Source: Eledone cirrhosa
Taxonomy: Eukaryota
Assembly (NCBI GenBank): GCA_964016885.1
Contig: OZ024743.1
Span: 131,192,001-131,256,000, forward strand
DNA: 64,000 nt
Direction of reading: 5' to 3'
The notes beneath the pieces are model-generated. The model worked only from the letters and a program-made list of their open reading frames with translations. It was not told the origin of the DNA and did not search any database. Shown here one piece after another: positions 59,901 to 64,000 of the stretch (its first letter is position 1; each line of letters opens with the position of its first letter). Made by a program: the position numbers and the translations under genes.

Positions 59901-62900
59901 TGGTGTTTGGTCTTTGGTGCTTGGTGTTTGGTGCTTGGTGCTTGGTGTTTGGTGTTTGGTGCTTGGTGCTTGGTGTTTGGTGTTATATGCTTGGTGTTTG
60001 ATGCTTGGTGCTTGGTGCTTGGTGTTTGGTGTTTGGTGTTTGTACTTGGTGCTTGGTGCTTGGTGCTTGGTGTTTGGTGCTTGGTGTTTGGTGCTTGGTG
60101 CTTGGTGCTTGGTGCTTGGTGCTTGGTGTTTGGTGGTTGGTGTTTGGTGCTTGGTGTTAGGTGTTTGGTGCTTGGTGCTTGGTGTTTGGTGTTTGGTGCT
60201 TGGTGTTTGGTGTTTGGTGCTTGGTGTTTGGTGCTTGGTACTTGGTGCTTGGTGCTTGGTGTTAGGTGTTTGGTGCTTGGTGTTTGGTGCTTGGTGTTTG
60301 GTGCTTGGTGCTTGGTGCTTGGTGCTTGGTGTTTGGTGGTTGGTGTTTGGTGCTTGGTGTTTGGTGCTTGGTGCTTGGTGTTTGTACTTGGTGCTTGGTG
60401 CTTGGTTCTTGGTGTTTGGTGCTTGGTGCTTGGTGTTTGATGCTTGGTGCTTGGTGTTTGGTGCTTGGTGTTTGGTGCTTGGTGATTGGTGCTTGGTGTT
60501 TGTACTTGGTGCTTGGTGCTTGGTGTTTGGTTCTTGGTTCTTGGTGTTTGGTACTTGGTGCTTGGTGCTTGGTGCTTGATGTTTGGTGTTTGGTGGTTGG
60601 TGTTTGGTGCTTGGTGCTTGGTGCTTGGTGTTAGGTGTTTGGTGCTTGGTCATTGGTGTTTGGTGCTTGGTGTTTGGTGTTTGCTGTCTGCTTTTTGGTG
60701 TTTAGTGTTTGCTGTATGGTGTTTGGTGTTTGCTGTTTGGTGTTTGGTCTTTGGTGCTTGGTGTTTGGTGCTTGGTGCTTGGTGTTTGGTGTTTGGTGCT
60801 TGGTGCTTGGTGTTTGGTGTTATATGCTTGGTGTTTGATGCTTGGTGCTTGGTGCTTGGTGTTTGGTGTTTGGTGTTTGTACTTGGTGCTTGGTGCTTGG
60901 TGCTTGATGTTTGGTGTTTGGTGGTTGGTGTTTGGTGCTTGGTGCTTGGTGCTTGGTGTTAGGTGTTTGGTGCTTGGTCCTTGGTGTTTGGTGCTTGGTG
61001 TTTGGTGTTTGCTGTCTGCTTTTTGGTGTTTAGTGTTTGCTGTATGGTGTTTGGTGTTTGCTGTTTGGTGTTTGGTCTTTGGTGCTTGGTGTTTGGTGCT
61101 TGGTACTTGGTGCTTGGTGCTTGGTGTTAGGTGTTTGGTGCTTGGTGTTTGGTGCTTGGTGTTTGGTGCTTGGTGCTTGGTGCTTGGTGCTTGGTGTTTG
61201 GTGTTTGGTGTCTGGTTTTTGGTGCTTGGTGCTTCGTGCTTGGTGCTTGGTGTTTGGTGGTTGGTGTTTGGTGCTTGGTGTTAGGTGTTTGGTGTTTGGT
61301 GCTTGGTGTAAGGTGTTTGGTGCTTGGTGCTTGGTGTTTGGTGTTTGGTGCTTGGTGTTTGGTGTTTGGTGCTTGGTGTTTGGTGCTTTTTGCTTGGTGC
61401 TTGGTGCTTGGTGTTTGGTGCTTGGTTCTTGGTGTTTGGTGCTGGGTGCTTGGTGTTTGGTGTTTGGTGTTATATGCTTGGTGTTTGGTGCTTGGTGATT
61501 GGTGCTTGGTGTTTGGTGCTTGGTGTTTGGTGTTTGGTGCTAGGTGCTTGGTGTTTGGTGCTTGGTGCTTGGTGTCTGTACTTGGTGCTTGGTGCTTGGT
61601 TCTTGGTGTTTGGTGCTTGGTGCTTGGTGTTTGGTGCTTGGTGCTTGGTGTTTGGTGCTTGGTGTTTGGTGCTTGGTGTTTGGTGCTTGGTTCTTGGTGC
61701 TTGGTGTTTGGTGCTTGGTGTTTGGTGCTTGGTGTTAGGTGTTTGGTGCTTGGTGTTTGGTGCTTGGTACTTGGTGCTTGGTGCTTGGTGTTAGGTGTTT
61801 GGTGCTTGGTGTTTGGTGTCTGGTTTTTGGTGCTTGGTGCTTGGTGTTTGGTGCTTGCTGCTGGCTGCTTGGTGTGTGGTGCTTGGTGATTGGTGCTTGG
61901 TGTTTGGTGCTTGGTGTTTGGTGTTTGGTGCTAGATGCTTGGTGTTTGGTGCTTGGTGCTTGGTGTTTGTACTTGGTGCTTGGTGCTTGGTTCTTGGTGT
62001 TTGGTGCTTGGTGCTTGGTGTTTGGTGCTTGGTGCTTGGTGTTTGGTGCTTGGTGTTTGGTGCTTGGTGCTTGGTGCTTGGTGTTTGTACTTGGTGCTTG
62101 GTGCTTGGTGTTTGGTTCTTGGTTCTTGGTGTTTGGTACTTGGTGCTTGGTGCTTGGTGCTTGATGTTTGGTGTTTGGTGGTTGGTGTTTGGTGCTTGGT
62201 GCTTGGTGCTTGGTGTTAGGTGTTTGGTGCTTGGTCCTTGGTGTTTGGTGCTTGGTGTTTGGTGTTTGCTGTCTGCTTTTTGGTGTTTAGTGTTTGCTGT
62301 ATGGTGTTTGGTGTTTGCTGTTTGGTGTTTGGTCTTTGGTGCTTGGTGTTTGGTGCTTGGTGCTTGGTGTTTGGTGTTTGGTGCTTGGTGCTTGGTGTTT
62401 GGTGTTATATGCTTGGTGTTTGATGCTTGGTGCTTGGTGCTTGGTGTTTGGTGTTTGGTGTTTGTACTTGGTGCTTGGTGCTTGGTGCTTGGTGTTTGGT
62501 GCTTGGTGTTTGGTGCTTGGTGCTTGGTGCTTGGTGCTTGGTGCTTGGTGTTTGGTGGTTGGTGTTTGGTGCTTGGTGTTAGGTGTTTGGTGCTTGGTGC
62601 TTGGTGTTTGGTGTTTGGTGCTTGGTGTTTGGTGTTTGGTGCTTGGTGTTTGGTGCTTGGTACTTGGTGCTTGGTGCTTGGTGTTAGGTGTTTGGTGCTT
62701 GGTGTTTGGTGCTTGGTGTTTGGTGCTTGGTGCTTGGTGCTTGGTGCTTGGTGTTTGGTGGTTGGTGTTTGGTGCTTGGTGTTTGGTGCTTGGTGCTTGG
62801 TGTTTGTACTTGGTGCTTGGTGCTTGGTTCTTGGTGTTTGGTGCTTGGTGCTTGGTGTTTGATGCTTGGTGCTTGGTGTTTGGTGCTTGGTGTTTGGTGC

Positions 62901-64000
62901 TTGGTGATTGGTGCTTGGTGTTTGTACTTGGTGCTTGGTGCTTGGTGTTTGGTTCTTGGTTCTTGGTGTTTGGTACTTGGTGCTTGGTGCTTGGTGCTTG
63001 ATGTTTGGTGTTTGGTGGTTGGTGTTTGGTGCTTGGTGCTTGGTGCTTGGTGTTAGGTGTTTGGTGCTTGGTCATTGGTGTTTGGTGCTTGGTGTTTGGT
63101 GTTTGCTGTCTGCTTTTTGGTGTTTAGTGTTTGCTGTATGGTGTTTGGTGTTTGCTGTTTGGTGTTTGGTCTTTGGTGCTTGGTGTTTGGTGCTTGGTGC
63201 TTGGTGTTTGGTGTTTGGTGCTTGGTGCTTGGTGTTTGGTGTTATATGCTTGGTGTTTGATGCTTGGTGCTTGGTGCTTGGTGTTTGGTGTTTGGTGTTT
63301 GTACTTGGTGCTTGGTGCTTGGTGCTTGGTGTTTGGTGCTTGGTGTTTGGTGCTTGGTGTTTGGTGCTTGGTGCTTGGTGCTTGGTGCTTGGTGTTTGGT
63401 GGTTGGTGCTTGGTGCTTGGTGTTAGGTGTTTGGTGCTTGGTGCTTGGTGTTTGGTGTTTGGTGCTTGGTGTTTGGTGTTTGGTGCTTGGTGTTTGGTGC
63501 TTGGTACTTGGTGCTTGGTGCTTGGTGTTAGGTGTTTGGTGCTTGGTGTTTGGTGTCTGGTTTTTGGTGCTTGGTGCTTGGTGTTTGGTGCTTGCTGCTG
63601 GCTGCTTGGTGTTTGGTGCCTGGTGATTGGTGCTTGGTGTTTGGTGCCTGGTGTTTGGTGTTTGGTGCTAGGTGCTTGGTGTTTGGTTCTTGGTGCTTGG
63701 TGTTTGTACTTGGTGCTTGGTGCTTGGTTCTTGGTGTTTGGTGCTTGGTGCTTGGTGTTTGGTGCTTGGTGCTTGGTGTTTGGTGCTTGGTGTTTGGTGC
63801 TTGGTGTTTGGTGCTTGGTGCTTGGTGCTTGGTGTTTGGTGCCTGGTGTTTGGTGCTTGGTGTTAGGTGTTTGGTGCTTGGTGCTTGGTGTTAGGTGTTT
63901 GGTGCTTGGTGTTTGGTGCTTGGTGTTTGGTGCTTGGTGCTTGGTGCTTGGTGCTTGGTGTTTGGTGGTTGGTGTTTGGTGCTTGGTGTTAGGTGTTTGG
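55630..64000. repeat. Longer-range copies in the right domain: about 55630-57700 recurs at about 61935-64000 (offset 6305); about 50800-52630 recurs at about 58120-59950 (offset 7318)
   Basis: ORF offsets 6305 (55630/61935, 55982/62287, 56959/63264, 57227/63532, 57367/63672) and 7318 (50993/58311, 51391/58709, 51999/59317, 52480/59798). Confidence 0.85.
58680..63330. repeat. Higher-order tandem duplication, 2 copies of 2422 bp
   Basis: ORF offsets of 2422 (58709/61131, 59122/61544, 59373/61795, 59865/62287, 60635/63057). Shared variants ggtgattggtgcttggtgtttgtac (60481/62903) and ggtcattgg. Confidence 0.92.

Larger units (their letters stand above)
1..64000. repeat. Heptamer satellite array (TTGGTGY)n / (RCACCAA)n, about 9,100 units, one orientation, running off both window edges
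   Basis: Directly visible throughout, e.g. 11-50 ggtgcttggtgtttggtgcttggtgtttggtgtttggtgc. Every line parses into TTGGTGC/TTGGTGT units plus single-base variants (TTGCTGT, TTGATGC, TAGGTGT, TTGGTAC, TTGGTTC, TTGTTGT, TGGGTGC). Unit count is 64000/7. Confidence 0.99.

Noticed and set aside
2-63894. Hundreds of + strand ORFs encoding Trp/Cys/Leu/Val/Gly-rich 'membrane proteins'
   Set aside because: They overlap in all three frames with the same heptad, mostly begin at TTG/GTG codons inherent to the repeat, and end wherever a random A variant creates a stop. There is no unique domain. They are translation artefacts of the satellite.
1-64000. CRISPR array
   Set aside because: No 23-50 bp direct repeats separated by unique spacers, and no cas genes.
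1-64000. Cyanobacterial STRR heptamer repeats (e.g. TT(G/T)GTCA)
   Set aside because: The unit differs, and STRRs are short intergenic or intronic tracts, not gene-free arrays of tens of kb.
1-64000. Pure sequencing or synthetic artefact, or an information-bearing binary C/T code
   Set aside because: Hierarchically shared variants with copy-specific differences and consistent modulo-7 arithmetic indicate real duplication history. The C/T order is explained by inheritance through duplication, and I see no evidence that it is read out. Exact copy numbers still need read validation.

Overview
The whole 64 kb window is one uninterrupted, single-orientation tandem array of a 7-bp unit, consensus TTGGTGY (about equal mix of TTGGTGC and TTGGTGT; reverse strand RCACCAA). 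From the consensus, the + strand is about 50% T, 43% G, 7% C and almost A-free. I find no real genes, RNA genes, transposon fragments or CRISPR arrays. The ORFs in the track are a by-product of the unit: with no A on + and no T on -, the pure repeat has no stop codon in any frame and gives WCLV(L/F)G(A/V) or TKHQ(A/T)P(S/N) heptads. Rare variant units act as landmarks and reveal nested higher-order repeats (HORs). Tandem duplication periods, read from offsets of matching ORF coordinates and marker motifs, are about 2420-2448, 1748/2784/4532, 5448-5910, 1476, 1293, 4680-5002, 1243, 2143, 837 and 2422 bp, with smaller 63-517 bp duplications inside them. A variant cassette centred on CTGCTTT recurs about 55-60 times. 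The best reading is eukaryotic satellite DNA (centromeric/pericentromeric, subtelomeric or telomere-derived). The organism and chromosomal position cannot be determined from this window.
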